Below, in pieces: positions 24,341 to 37,537 of a stretch of DNA of 64,000 nt. The notes under the pieces are model-generated. The model was not told the DNA's origin, did no database searches, and saw nothing but the letters and a program-made list of their open reading frames with translations. The translations under genes were made by a program, and so were the position numbers. This DNA is from Fistulifera solaris (Eukaryota): positions 2,108,001 through 2,172,000 of the forward strand of contig AP026162.1 of NCBI GenBank assembly GCA_030295235.1, written 5' to 3'. Numbering within the stretch: the first letter of the stretch is position 1; each line of letters starts with the position of its first letter.

Positions 24341-24653
24341 ATGTACTGTAGTAAGTAAGTTCTGACGTCTAAATCCATGACTATAATGTAGTAATGGCTA
24401 AATAAATCTTACTATTTGCGTTACAGTGAGCTTGTTTTCGGTGGGCCTCTTCTTCTTTTCTCGAAAAAAATCGAAATGGCGGAGGTTCGTGTTCTGCGTG
24501 TTCTGTGCTGGATTGAGTTGATTGATTTGATTTTGAGAATGTGTCAATGCTTTTGGCTGTTGGGTCTTCTTCTAATCGAGAATGCCAATGGAAAGGAGTC
24601 GAAACTTCTTTATCAGCAAGAAACGTTCGCAATCATCTCATAAAATGACGACC

Positions 24654-25293
24654 ATGATGTTAAAAAAGCCTGCGACTCACTGGACTACTCGTCATTCTTC
24701 TTCTACCGGGAGAGTCTTTGATTCAGGGCTCTTATTTGTATCGAACAAATGACGCTCCCCGCACATCCGGCTCGCGTTTAAATGAAGTCGCCTCAAAAGC
24801 ACAGGAGGAAGATGTGGTGACTCAAGGAACGGAGACGCCGTCCAATCACATTGTTGTGACATCGGAAATGGAAATGGATATTCCGATTCAAGTCTGTTTC
24901 GACGCATTTTCCGACTTGCCACGACAGCCCAGCTGGTCTCCCTGGTTGCATTCCGTTTCGTACGATGAGAAAAATCCCCACGAAACCGTCTGGAAGATGC
25001 GCTATTTGGGATTACCGATATCGTGGCGGTCCATCAGTACCAACAACCAACGTCCGCATGTCATTGAGTGGAAATCCATCAAAGGTCTCAAAAACTTTGG
25101 TCGAGTGGATTTTACCCAGCTCACGGAGCGAACGACACACATGAAGCTTACCCTGACGTTTGAAGTCCCACGGATTGCGGCCCATGTGCTCACGCAATCG
25201 CCGAAAACCACGCGGATGGTCGAGGATCGGATGTTACGAACGACGTTACAAAATTTTCGAAATGTTGTCTTGGAAAACGATATGAAGGAATGA
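24654..25293 (+). CDS. Polyketide cyclase / SRPBCC (START-fold) protein
   Basis: FDAFSDLPRQPSWSPWLHSV, IEWKSIKGLKNFGRVDF, TLQNFR. The start and signal peptide need a shift in the A-run at ~24663, so the start is uncertain. Confidence 0.75.
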
Positions 25294-25484
25294 TTTCAAA
25301 GAGACGGTCGATCGTAGACTACCGAGATATTTGGTAGCATCAATGAGCGCGGTCTTGTTCGACAATAAATTTCAAGTCAATCGGACTATTATTGTGTGTG
25401 AGTAAATGTATGATTATAGAAAAGACTATCATTTTGTATAAGTCTCTTATGATATTATAACGGAAGTGGCGTGCTATCTCTGAC

Positions 25485-27518
25485 CTACTCCCAGTAGTGC
25501 GGGGCAACTTCACGCAGCCACGAGGCTTCAATAGCCGAAACAGCTCGGAGCTCGATGCCGCCTCGAGGGCCATCCATGGTTTCCCCCATAAACAATGTAT
25601 TCACTGCTGACAGGGGCATGAGAAGCGTAAATACTTGTCGAGGCAGGGACGACCAGAATGTTCTTCCGGAGAGTATAGTAGCGACCATCATTGGAAAGTT
25701 TCGCGACATTGAAAAAGAATCCAGCAGTGACACAGCGTCGGATCGCTTTGCTCCTCGAGTCATCGCCCGTAATCCCCATGGCTTCTACTTTTCCAAATTG
25801 CCGAAGAAAACCCGCGAGTTGGTTCCGGACTTCCAATGCGCGCTTCAAAGCGATATAATTGATGTACTTTTCCTTGCATTCGTCTTCATCCAAAGATCGA
25901 TCCTCAGCTTCGGCGAGTACGTTCGTGTAAGTGACGTGATCTCCGCTGGGATCAGCAAGGGATGCCACCGACGCCTCATAATCAAGTAACTGTTGCTGCC
26001 GTCTAGATCGAGGTTTATGAAATAAATCACGAACCTGCAATGCAGCTGCGACGCCTAGCACCTCCCAAGAACAGCCCGCAGATAGAGACTCCAATAACAT
26101 CTTTGAAACTGGTGGTTCTATGGGGAACTTTGACAGGTCTATCCCCAACTTTGTCAAGTTCGTTTGCTTATCAATTGCACCAAGGGCAAACAAAAGTTCC
26201 AGCCCATGAGAGAGAGCGTCGACACTAGGTACATCCATAAGATCAAACGCAAGAATGTTCTCCACCCCCAGCGCTTTCAAAGTCAAGATAAAACTTGCCA
26301 GATTGGTACGGAGAATCTCTGGGGGCGTCTGAACTTTCATATTCTTAACCATAAAGTCTTCTGTGAACAAACGAAAACACTTTCCTGCCGACAAACGACC
26401 TGCTCGCCCAGCTCGCTGCCGCGCACTGGCTTGGCTGATTGGACCGACAATCAAGCGCTCTAATCCGGTTCGAGGATCAAAATATGGAAGCTTGACAAGG
26501 CCCGAATCAATCACGAAGCTAATCCCTGGAACGGTGACACTCGTTTCGGCGATATTTGTTGCAAAAACTATGCGTCTGGTCTTCTCATCGTTGCTGTCCG
26601 CCTGAAATATCCTTGTTTGCATATGCAGCGGCAGTGTACCGTAAAGTGGTAATAATACAACTGGAATAGAATTCTCCCTCAATCGCTCTTCCGCCAAACG
26701 TATCGCTCTGTCAATGTCTTCTCCAGAAGGCAAAAAGCAAAGAATATCACCTGGTCCTTCACTTCGGTGAATCGAAAGCGCTGTCTCTACCATCGACGAA
26801 ATATAATCTTGTGCTGGCTTTTCCATGTACAGAATGTCGACGGGATAGTGTCGACCGTCAACAGAGATGATTGTTCCTGTACCCAGAGGATCACCGCCGT
26901 CTTTGTTTCCGACGAAAAGTTCAGAAACACTTGCGCATCAATCGTCGCACTGCACACAATCAGCCTTAGATTTTTTCGAACCCGGCGAATCTTTTCAGCA
27001 GTCCCAGTACAGCATCGCTATTCAGACTTCGCTCATGAGCTTCATCCACCATTACAACCGAGTATTTCGACAGAAGAGGGTCCGAGAGGGTAGCCTCGCG
27101 AAGAAGCAGACCATCGGTAACGTACTTGATTTGTGTATAAGGCGACGATTTATCGTCAAAACGAACCGAATAACCAACCCGTCCCCCCTATTTGAGTGCC
27201 CGATTCCTGTGCAACTCGTTGCGCCAGAGATACAGCGGCGATCCTCCGGGGCTGTGTGACGACCACTTGGAAATTATTTGCTGCCCAACCTCCGGACTCA
27301 ACTAAATACTGAGGAATTTGAGTACTCTTCCCGCTTCCTGTCTCACCTACGATAACCAAAACAGAATAATGCTCTAACGCATAGAGAATTTGACGCTTGT
27401 GTTTGTAGATGGGGAGAATCATGCGCTGTTGAACCAACGGCATGCGAGACGGCGCGGCAAAGACACTCGGCCAAAAATCATCCTCGTTTCTTGTTTCCGG
27501 CTTCCAAAAGCCAGCCAT
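25485..27518 (-). CDS. DHX35: DEAH-box RNA helicase, DHX35-like
   Basis: MAGFWKP start, [59 protein letters not shown]. Frameshifts near 27185, 26993, 26917 and 25585. Confidence 0.85.
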
Positions 27519-27660
27519 CTCCACAGCAATCTGATATTATGTACAGCAATGACTACGGCAGCATTGCGAGTTCATGGTATTTCTCAGAACACATCATAAA
27601 AGTGTTGACTCTCAATGCTGTTGATAACTGCATAAAAATCTTACTCGTGACTCCTCGCTA

Positions 27661-27680
27661 GTGACTCATCATTGAGTCAC
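27661..27680. promoter_or_regulatory. Inverted pair of AP-1/GCN4-like TGACTCA sites in a divergent promoter
   Basis: GTGACTCA-TCAT-TGAGTCAC is a perfect inverted repeat between DHX35 and the next gene; GACGTCA boxes lie nearby. Confidence 0.35.
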
Positions 27681-28066
27681 GGTCATTAATTCCTTTCAAA
27701 TGCAGTCATGCTTGGCTATACAAAAAAAGTATCTACTCCGATTTTTCACGAGCTGATTCAGTCCCGTAGGCTAACCTGTATGAGCCATGAAGTACAATTC
27801 AAAAATGGTCACGGTCCGTTGAGCGTTGGCGACTAAAATTGCGGGCATCGACGTCACAGACATCAAGAAGGTGACATGTACTGATTCCGCCTACTGTCCA
27901 CATGTACACTGAGTGAGACGTGAGACGTCATGTCAAGCCAACTCGCTCGTGAAAGTTGGAACTTGGAAATTTGTGCGCGTCTGTTCACAAAATTCGATCG
28001 TTCGATTGGCTTTATCCGATTTTTGTTGACAAGCAATAGAAAAGCATTATAAAACTACCAATCACC

Positions 28067-28491
28067 ATGATGTTGTTAGCAGCTACGACTCGTGCTACCC
28101 GTACGACCATCATTCGTCAATCTCGCGCCCTTTCGTCGCAGGGATCGGACGCCGTGGAAAAACTTCGTTCTGTTTTAGAAGAATACCGTCTGCAAAAGTA
28201 AGTCATCTCGGTCGATTGGCTTGTGTTTTACCTGGTATCAATGCCTCTGACCGTTTGCTTTGTTTTTTACTTTAGTTACGCGCAAGAGCTTCCGGGGCGC
28301 TTTAAAAGGATATTGTGAGAGCCGCCACCGTAGAGAATACCGATCGTATTGCGGTTGGTGGAATGGAACGTGTTTTGTCAAACATCGGCGCGACAAACAA
28401 AATCTCCTCCACCGAGATCAACACGATCTTTCAAGAATTGGGAAACGGAACAGGAGAGATTTCGATCAATCGCTTTTCTTCTCTCATTTAG
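28067..28491 (+). CDS. Small protein with mitochondrial-type presequence
   Basis: Manual splice MMLLAATTRATRTTIIRQSRALSSQGSDAVEKLRSVLEEYRLQN|YAQELPGRFKKDIV...VLSNIGATNKISSTEINTIFQELG. Intron ~28198-28275; A-run shift near 28305. Confidence 0.7.
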
Positions 28492-28707
28492 AGACCAAGA
28501 AACAATTTACTCGCTCTCCTCAAGCTTATTGCGTCTACAGGATATGAGGACCTAAAAGATGAAGAGAATAGATAGATTATAGAGACATAAACCACTACAA
28601 CTAGACCATAATTTTGGTGATCAAGCTGTTTTCAAGATTACGCTATCTCAATTTAGGTGTTATCGATGTGACTAGGATAACGTGACGGATATAACAGATT
28701 GTGAATT

Positions 28708-31221
28708 TCATTGTGAGCCAACTCTCCTCAAAAGTTCATCGCGGATCAGAACCCTAATGTCTTCTCCGCCTTTGAGTCGTTGAAGCAGCTCAGTCGGGTC
28801 AATCCGCAATTCCTCCGCTATTTGAAACAACCTCTTTTTACCCGTACCTCCGACGATGGCTCCAACACAACGACTTGCTTCACATTCTTCGGCCGATGTG
28901 AGCGTTCCATGAGAACTCATATGAGAAGAAACACAGCTTAAGCTGCTTAAATCCGAGTACATGCCTCTTAAAGCGGTATCTTTCGTTTGCATATGTGCTG
29001 ACATCTCAATGCTTTTTAGTGATGCTTGAGACCCCTCGGCAAATGATCCCGGGTCAGATATTGAGCTGTAGCTGTCTCCTAAAGTGAGGCTTGTAAGCGA
29101 TTCGTTCTTGATTTGCCCTCCATGCATGATGCAGTTAAGCCCTTTGGCAAGTTTGCGCGGCGCTTTTATCTCTGGTAGTATATTCGGCACATCTCCAGAG
29201 GCGTACGAAAAGCTCGCAAAACTCAGTAGTTTGTGTCTAGGTATCATCAAGTCAGAATCCAGTACACTCTGCTTCTGTCGAAGTGTATCATGCGATGCAA
29301 CGTAAGGCTTGACATGTGAAGGACGCGTTTGTTTGGTACTATCCACAACTGGATGCTGTAATGGTGCGCTAGTCGTGTCATAGTGACAGCTCAGGAGCGC
29401 TAGAATACTGCCGCCTGTCAGATATGGCTCTTCGTCGAGCTGCTCTAAACTCTGCAGAGATGTTTTATGAAGTCGTTGTTGTTGATTTCTTTTCAATCTA
29501 TTGTTGGAAACGTCAGATAGTGCAGCGTTCGCTTTAGGATTGTCGTGCTCCGACGAAAGTGTCAGAGGCAAACTAGCTGTACCTCGCGTACATGAAGGGG
29601 CTTTCAAGAAAAAGTCATTTGTTTTCTTTAGGCCTCTGACGCTTGGCTTCACTAAAGAGCGATCAGCTTTTTTCGTTCTTCGCTTCGAGTGCTGCTTTAA
29701 AGCGACATCCTGCCGAGGCGTGTATGGTAAATCGATTCTTGTGCTGGCACTGCATTCGTCGAAAGTAAGGTGTGTAGGCGACGCAGTTGTGTCGCGGAAA
29801 CAGAGTGGAAGCGTGAGCAGACCATTTTTGGCATACAATTTAAGCGAAGGCGGCTTTTGCGTTCGGTTTAAGGCTGGTTGACTCGCATTCGAAATGTTCA
29901 ACTCTCTTTCTTTGCTGCAATGGTTTGACTCTTCCATATTAATTTGGCGACCGCTTTCACTATGCACAGTTGGCGGTAGCTGCTCCGTTATCTGGATTTG
30001 AATCCTTGTCGAGATTGAAGCTACACTGCAATCACTCTCTCCTCTGCTGTAACGGATTTTGTCTTCGCTGAGTGGTGACTGGAACGAAGTTCTTCTGTCG
30101 GTGGCCTCCTGCTTTGCTTGGGAAACCAACAATGGCAACGACTCAGTGCTGAGAACCAATTCAAGCTCCTCTCTCGTCGAATGATTACCACTTTGCTCCG
30201 ACGAGACCTCTAACGTGGTGTCTGGTCGATTTGAAGAGTAGCTGTACTGATTCTCCTCAGTAGTTTTCGACTGTGGCGTTGCATTCCCAAAGCTATTGTC
30301 AATTTGTTGTGTTTCAACATCAACGAAGTCTCCACTATTGAGGTTGATGCCGGATGGCTTGTCTACAAGTGATTGATTGTCTCTGATTGATGTCGAACGC
30401 ACTTGGCACTTTTCATTCCGGTTCATCTTCCACTGAATACTTTTACTCTTACTTTGTACATTCACCTGGGAGAGTTTTTCCGCACCACCAGTCTTTTTCG
30501 CCACCGCACAACGAATCCGACGAAATATTCTCTTCCAGTCCATGCGTATGTTTCTACTTCTCTGGCAGCGATTCTCTTGAATGGTGAAATCCTCTGCTGT
30601 CAAGAAGGGTTCCGGATTGCTCGTTTGATGATTCTCATCGGCAATGAGTTTTGGATATTTAATGCAAAATGAACTTTCTGGATCCCGATATTCTCTCTCT
30701 TTGTTTCCCTTCAATGACAAACGTAGCCGCAAAATCTTTCTTTCTTGTTTTCGTGCTGATCTCACGCAGATGGAAGATTGTTGCTTATAAAGATCCATCG
30801 CTGGTTTCTGACCTTGAAAATTTCCATTCTTTGAACTTCTGGAAAATGCACTTTGCTCAGAACTGACAGTTTGTGTCGGTCCAAAGTGAGCCTGTAGAAC
30901 TAGATCACTTGAAGTTGTCTTTTTTGTTTCCAAAGTGTCTGACACCGCAGCCTTTGTCGCAGAAGTGGACCCTGCCCCCAATGATTGGCATGTCTCCGGT
31001 TTTGGTCTTATCTGGACAGCTGAGCAGTGTTCACATTTTAACTCCGGATAATTTTTACGGGTCAAGAAGCGGAGCACCATTTCTTCTCTGTTATTCTTTA
31101 TTGGAAATTCATTTGTCGAAGTCTCAAAGTCGAAGGGGGAGAAATTCGAATGCAAACTTTTTGAAATGAAAACTGTAGAAGCGATTCGCCACTTAGACAG
31201 TGGGCGAACAACGGAAAACAT
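28708..31221 (-). CDS. Large Ser-rich, probably disordered hypothetical protein
   Basis: 837-aa uninterrupted ORF; no domain recognised. True start may be downstream (MVLRFLTR). Confidence 0.6.
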   Translation of the reverse strand: MFSVVRPLSKWRIASTVFISKSLHSNFSPFDFETSTNEFPIKNNREEMVLRFLTRKNYPELKCEHCSAVQIRPKPETCQSLGAGSTSATKAAVSDTLETKKTTSSDLVLQAHFGPTQTVSSEQSAFSRSSKNGNFQGQKPAMDLYKQQSSICVRSARKQERKILRLRLSLKGNKEREYRDPESSFCIKYPKLIADENHQTSNPEPFLTAEDFTIQENRCQRSRNIRMDWKRIFRRIRCAVAKKTGGAEKLSQVNVQSKSKSIQWKMNRNEKCQVRSTSIRDNQSLVDKPSGINLNSGDFVDVETQQIDNSFGNATPQSKTTEENQYSYSSNRPDTTLEVSSEQSGNHSTREELELVLSTESLPLLVSQAKQEATDRRTSFQSPLSEDKIRYSRGESDCSVASISTRIQIQITEQLPPTVHSESGRQINMEESNHCSKERELNISNASQPALNRTQKPPSLKLYAKNGLLTLPLCFRDTTASPTHLTFDECSASTRIDLPYTPRQDVALKQHSKRRTKKADRSLVKPSVRGLKKTNDFFLKAPSCTRGTASLPLTLSSEHDNPKANAALSDVSNNRLKRNQQQRLHKTSLQSLEQLDEEPYLTGGSILALLSCHYDTTSAPLQHPVVDSTKQTRPSHVKPYVASHDTLRQKQSVLDSDLMIPRHKLLSFASFSYASGDVPNILPEIKAPRKLAKGLNCIMHGGQIKNESLTSLTLGDSYSSISDPGSFAEGSQASLKSIEMSAHMQTKDTALRGMYSDLSSLSCVSSHMSSHGTLTSAEECEASRCVGAIVGGTGKKRLFQIAEELRIDPTELLQRLKGGEDIRVLIRDELLRRVGSQ

Positions 31222-31483
31222 ATTCCCCTATGTACTTATAAATCCGGTATACATGTTGTTAAGTACGAAATGAATAGGTTTACATTTTTCTCCACTATAA
31301 ATATGAATCTTACCGGTATCCGTTGTATGTACCTTTTCGCCTCGCATCCTCGCATCGCGTCGCGTCATGGACGCAGTATTTCACTTCATCTCTCATGATA
31401 CGTTTACTTTCATTAATTGTTGCATAGGAAAGAGGGGGTCCTTTCTATTGCCTTATATCTTAACAAATTAGCAGCGAACAAGT

Positions 31484-32890
31484 ATGGCGGAAAAAGAAGG
31501 AATGGAGAAAGATTCTTCAATAATTGCCGTATCAAATTCCTCGGCCTTTGAATGGCCTCCAGACCCTTCATGCTACGAACTCATAGGGAAGATCGGACAA
31601 GGAGCTTTCGCTACAGTTTGGAGAGCAAAAGCTCCGGAAGAGAGAGAATGCGCAATCAAAGTTCTGAATCTTGATCATGTAGATACAAACTTAGCGGAAA
31701 TCCGGCTGGAAGTTCAGGCGATGAGACTTTCCTTACACCCGAATATTCTGACCTGCTATGCGGCATTCGTAAACGAAACCAACCTGTGGCTATTGACGCC
31801 ACTCATGAGCAAGGGAAGCTCGCTTCATTGTTTACAAAGAGCTCGAAGAGTATTGCGTGATCGTAATGAGGTAGCAAAGATGGAAGATCACATCCTTTAT
31901 ATTCTGCACGAAACACTGTTGGGGCTTCAATACATCCATGAAAATGGTCAAATACACCGCGACATAAAAGCGGGCAATGTTCTGCTGGACGGAAACGGAG
32001 ATGTGCGGATCGCTGATTTTGGAGTTTCTGGGTGGCTGGTGCAAGGCGGTGCACAGCAAGAAAAGGCAAAAACATTCGTTGGTACTCCATGTTGGATGGC
32101 GCCGGAGGTAAGCTGCACCTAGGTCTACAATAGCTGCCGCCGACTCTTCTCATATTTTTGGATGGAAAAGGTGATGGAGCAAGTACACGGATATGATTAT
32201 AAGGCCGATATCTGGAGTCTCGGTATCACTGCTTTGGAGCTTGCGAAAGGATACGCACCGTACGCCAAATATCCACCCATGAAAGTTTTGATTCTCACAA
32301 TCCAAGAGGACCCGCCCTCATTGGAATCTTACATAGACGACGATGATGACGATTTGGCATGCTTTGAAGAATATACTCGGACGTTTCGCACCCTTGTGCA
32401 GTTATGCCTACAGAAGAATCCCGCAAAACGACCCACTTGTCAAGAGCTGCTGAATGGTAAAATACTCTCTTTCATGAATGACCCAGCCGTGCGTCAAACG
32501 AAACGAGAAACAATTCGATCACAAGTATGTGACATTGTACCTGACGTGGGGTCGCGATCTTCATCTTCATCTCCCAGTAACCGACAAATGCCGGGCAATG
32601 CCCCGATATCCATTGTCTTGTCGAAAGAAGTAGATCGACCGCCTGGTACAACTTGGGTGTTCCCGGATGGCTCTCAAGTTCTTTCATCATCGATGACACC
32701 CGTGTCTATAGATGATGTACTGGAAGAGCTAGATGAATTCGGTAAACAGACTGGCGGTGAGCACTATAGATCGAAATCGGCGGAAGAACTGGCGAAGAAC
32801 TCTGGCGACGATAATGTTCAGGATGACCTTGACGCTTTTATGGATGAATTTGAGCAGAATACTGCCGGTGAAGACTTTCGACGCCTATAG
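31484..32890 (+). CDS. STE20-family Ser/Thr kinase (OSR1/SPAK-like)
   Basis: GQGAFATV, AIK, HRDIKAGN, DFGVS, TFVGTPCWMAPEV|MEQVHGYDYKADIWSLGITALELAKG, YPPMKVL. Intron 32108-32170. Confidence 0.92.
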
Positions 32891-33074
32891 ACCTAGTCGT
32901 TGTATAGAAATAATAATCTAACCGCTAATCGATTGTTTATGACTTATGACATTCAACCATTTTTCCGCCTACCTGTAGTTGAGTCTGTACGTCTGTCGCT
33001 GCACTGTGCGCGAAACTTCAAGCTGCTGCGTTTGCCCGTTTTGAACCGCATCGCAACCTCACAAATAAGGCACC

Positions 33075-34666
33075 ATGGCGGACGCTTGTGAAAACGCTGT
33101 TTTGACCCATTTGTCGCAATTCCCCGACGCTGTTATCAGCGACACATTTCCGTGGTCGAAGGAAAACGGCTTTGATCACGGAGCGGTCGTCGGATGTATT
33201 AAATCGCTCGAGGTCGACGGCTATGTCGTCGCCGAATCGCTGTCGACATCCTTTTATACCTTATCTGATGAAGCGGAAGGCATTCTAGCCAATGGAATTT
33301 CACAAGAAATGGCAGTATTCAATGCGATTGTTGCGGCTGGATCAATTTCGGAGCCGGATCTTATTGCTGCCGTTGGGAAGGATATAGCGAAAATTGGAAT
33401 GGGCAAGTGTATGCAAAATAAATGGATTCAGAAGGACAAAGAAACAAAAAGCTTAGTGCCCGCGGCAGTAGCTGGGGATGTGAAGGACGAAGTAGTCGAG
33501 CAGTTACAAGCTTTGAAGGAGGGAAAGTTTGCAGAAGATGCCATTTCGAGTGAGGTACGGCCTTGTTACATTTTTATTTAGTCTATCTCAAATTCTTTTC
33601 TGACTCACAACTCTCTATCTCAAAGGTCAGTAAAGCTTTGAAAAAGCGCAAGCTTATCAATCTAACGACTAGAAAATCGATGAAAGTTGCTCGAGGACCT
33701 TCCTACGCGCCTGTTCGAAAAAGAAAAGCGGCGGATCTCACCAAGGAGATGCTTGAAACCGGGGCTTGGCAGACAACCGAGTTCAAGCCTTATAACTTTC
33801 AAGCGTTTGGTGAAAAGGTCGGAGGTGGATACTTACACCCCTTACTCAAAGTTCGTGCCGAATTTCGAAAGATTCTGTTGGAGATGGGATTCGCAGAGAT
33901 GCCCACGAACAAATGGGTGGAATCTTCGTTCTGGAACTTTGACTCTTTGTTTCAACCGCAATCGCATCCAGCACGCGACGCCCATGATACGTTCTTCATC
34001 AAAGAGCCAGCTTCCACTGTCTCGGTACCGGAAGACTATTATGAACGCGTGAAAACGATGCACGAAGTTGGTGGGTCGGGCTCTATTGGTTATCGATACG
34101 ATTTCAAACGCGAGGAAGCCTTCAAAAATCTTCTCCGAACGCACACGACCGCGGTTTCATCGCAAATGCTTTATAAGTTGGCGAATCAGGAAGGTGGCTT
34201 CAAGCCTGCTCGCTACTTTTCCATCGATCGGGTGTTCCGTAACGAAACTATGGATGCCACGCATCTCTGTGAATTTCACCAAGTGGAAGGATTGGTCGCC
34301 GATTACGATCTATCTTTGGGTGACCTGATTGGAACGATTGAGACGTTTTTCAAGAAGATTGGAATCACCAAGCTACGCTTCAAGCCAGCTTTCAATCCTT
34401 ACACAGAACCATCGATGGAGATTTTCGGTTATCATCCGGATTTGAAGAAATGGACAGAGATCGGCAACAGCGGTATGTTCCGTCCTGAGATGCTTGCGCC
34501 TATGGGGTTGCCAGAAAATGTACGTGTGATTGCTTGGGGCTTGTCACTAGAACGTCCAACTATGATTAAGTATCGTATTAAGAATATTCGCGAGCTCTTT
34601 GGACACAAGGTTGACATGGGAAGGACACGAACGGCTCCAGTTTGTCGCTTCGACAGTCAGGCTTAG
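33075..34666 (+). CDS. FARSA: Cytosolic phenylalanyl-tRNA synthetase alpha subunit
   Basis: [61 protein letters not shown]. Intron 33555-33625. Confidence 0.96.
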
Positions 34667-34713
34667 ATATCTTCTTAAATGATGTTCCATACTACGGGAG
34701 CAAAGACTACAGA

Positions 34714-37138
34714 CTAGTTATCAAAATTCATTTGATCGTCCCAGTCATCATCGTCGTCTTGGTGTTCGTCATGATTCCGATTGTGGTATCGAAAGGAGCC
34801 TCCAGGAGTTAGTCTGGCGGTCATGTCAACGTCAAGATCTCTTATGGAGCCAGTGATCGCATGCAGACCCTTGCTTCCACCCTTTTTCCTACTTTGCGAC
34901 CTTTTTTCTGATTCTTAGATTCTTTGGAAATATCACGCTTCATTCCTTGCAAATAAGTCTTGTATCCAATTTTCGGTTGAAAGAAATTGACATGAGAATC
35001 AACTAGACCTTCATCCGAGCTGTCAACATTTGTTACTGCAACCTTCTTGTTGGCTAAGCGGATACCGGCATAAATGTTGAGCAACGATGGCTTCATTTTA
35101 GGTGGGTCAGCAGTGTTTCTCATTGGCGTCGAATCGAATAAGTCGTCGTCATTGGAAAACCTCTGTGGATTGCATAAAGTCTGAGATGGTTTCACTTTTA
35201 CAACTGGAGTCTTGATCAAAGAATACCATTGCTCGCGGCATTGCCCTGGTGACTTGCCATCAACGGCTGCTGCTACCTGATCCCAAAATGTTCCCGACAT
35301 CGGATTTGATTGCCGATGAGCATGCTTTAATTGCTCGAGTTGTACAGGTAGCCATTCTGTTTTACCTTTCAACTCGATCGGATTATCGTTGTTAGTCAAA
35401 GAACAACTGCCATTTGCCGCGGGCATGTTAACACGATTTGTGGAAACTTCGTCGCGTTTGAGGTCGTTTTCGTCGCTTTCCAAATTAGGATCCGATTTCT
35501 TTTTCGGAACTTTTTCATCGACATACTCGGATGCATTGCTTGCTTCTAAACGTGAGGAACTGTTGACAGTAACCTCATCGGAGAGTCCTTCATCAGCAGG
35601 AATGTCTGGGCTGCTACCTGATCTCGCGGAAGGTGTGTAGAAGGCTGTTGGCTTTCTATTACGCTTTGATCGTTTGACAGACAAAGCAGGTTCAACACAA
35701 TTCAGATAATCACTATTGTGGCTATGCGCGAAGGGCTCCGCAACTTTTACATCTCTTGTGCGTGAAGTGTTACAATCTTCCAGTGGCTTTAAAGATGGAT
35801 CTATGACGGGCGAAGTTGGCGGTTTCTCGTTCCTAGTACTTTCCTTCCTTGAAGAGCTCGATTTTTTCCGTGTTCTATCTACGGGCGAAGGATCATTACA
35901 GGATGACGCTGCTGGATTATATGGCTGATCCTTAGCACGAATCGTTCCTGAGGTTAAAACATTCTCTTCAATGGAATGGAAAAAGTTTGTTGGTTTCCTC
36001 GACCTTTGCGATCGTCGAGTTTGCTTTTCACTGTGGTCACAACATTCATTGGCAGCAGGACAAGATGGTTCAGTGATAGTTGGCGATGATTCGACGTCAT
36101 TGTTCTCCAGAGCAGCGGGGGATTTCGTTCGTTTTGTTGGATGTCGTAGTTGTTGAGCATTCAAAGTTTCCTTTTGAATTTGATCACCAGATTCTTTCGC
36201 AATACCACCCGATGGATCAGAGTTAATGAGTTCAACGTAGGATTGTTTCCGAACAGCGCAGTTTTTCGCGGGGGAGACCTGCAAGGTTGCGTTTAAATTG
36301 ACGACGGCGTTTGATCGATCCACTAGCTTCGACAAGCCGGATTTATTCGGCGTTTTCTTCCGATCCTGCTTCTTCGGCACGGATGCTAAGCTAGGAGAAA
36401 AAACTTGTTTCTCGTTTTTGAACATTCCACGTGGTACATCTTCGATCGAGACCGGCAACCATATTCTGTCATTGCGCTTAGGTGAAGCAATGCTCAGTCG
36501 TTCCATGAGACTTTCGAGCCCCATACTGTCTGAATGATGTGGTCTTTTCGGCCGTCTAATGTTTTTCGTCTTCTTCACATGCTTTTCGCGCGAGTTTGCA
36601 AGGCGCTCCGACTTGTCGCTGATATCGAGTGAGTTGCGAAAAGAGTTGCCAGCCCATCGCTAGATTGCGCCTTCTCGGGCGTCAAAGAGTTCTGATCACT
36701 GGTAACTTCATCACTTGCGAAAGAATCCGTCATGCTCCGGTTTTGGGAGAAATTGGGTTTGCGCGATTCTGCTTCAGTCACTATTTTTCTCGTTAGCGCT
36801 GGCTTCCCTATTGTCGTCTTTTGAGACCTCAATGAGTCACTCATAAAGGATGCTAGCACCCCTCCAGTTACAGACTGCTTTTTTGCGATCGTTTTCGGTA
36901 CTTTGTTTCGGAGAGAGTACCCTGATCCACTGTCCTTATTTGTTACCCGACGGCTGCATCTTACATTAGTCACAGACGCTAAAACCGAAGTTGACTCTGA
37001 AAAGTGAACTCTTCGTTTGACCTCTTTTGCATTTTCTTCTTTCGTCTTACGTTCTCCGTTGCTGGCAAGGCTGTCCATTGCCTTCAGCCGTACCCCCGTT
37101 TCGTTACTGGTCGACCCATAGACGCGAGAGAATCGCAT
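34714..37138 (-). CDS. SANT/Myb-domain protein, Mis18BP1/KNL2-like
   Basis: WLPVQLEQLKHAH...FWDQVAAAVDGKSPGQCREQW SANT domain, then DDDLFDSTP; two RxxRxRKPTxF(F/Y) motifs. Shifts near 36585 and 34885. Confidence 0.65.
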
Positions 37139-37537
37139 TCTATACTCGGAAAGCGATGCAGTGATAAAGTCATTTGTTCAAGAATGCTGAGAACAGAATT
37201 GTATGTTGCAGCATCAAAACAACAAACGCAAAGATTGCCGTCCATCGTTTGTTGTTTTTTCTCTCACGATTTTGTGACCCGCACTGTGCTGGCGGGCGCG
37301 CTTCGCGGCACCAGGCTACAACTTGCGTCTATACAACAGATCAAAAGCATACAGCCCTTAGGATAAACATATTATTTTACATAAGAACTTGGTACGCGCG
37401 ACGTAATTAGTATCACTTACGATGTAGTGGCAATAATGTCGTTCTCACATCTCTGTCACGCATGACGGCATGACGTCATAACTCGGCCTGTCTCTTTTTT
37501 TTCTTTCCTTCCCTCTCATTCCTATCCAATAATGGCT

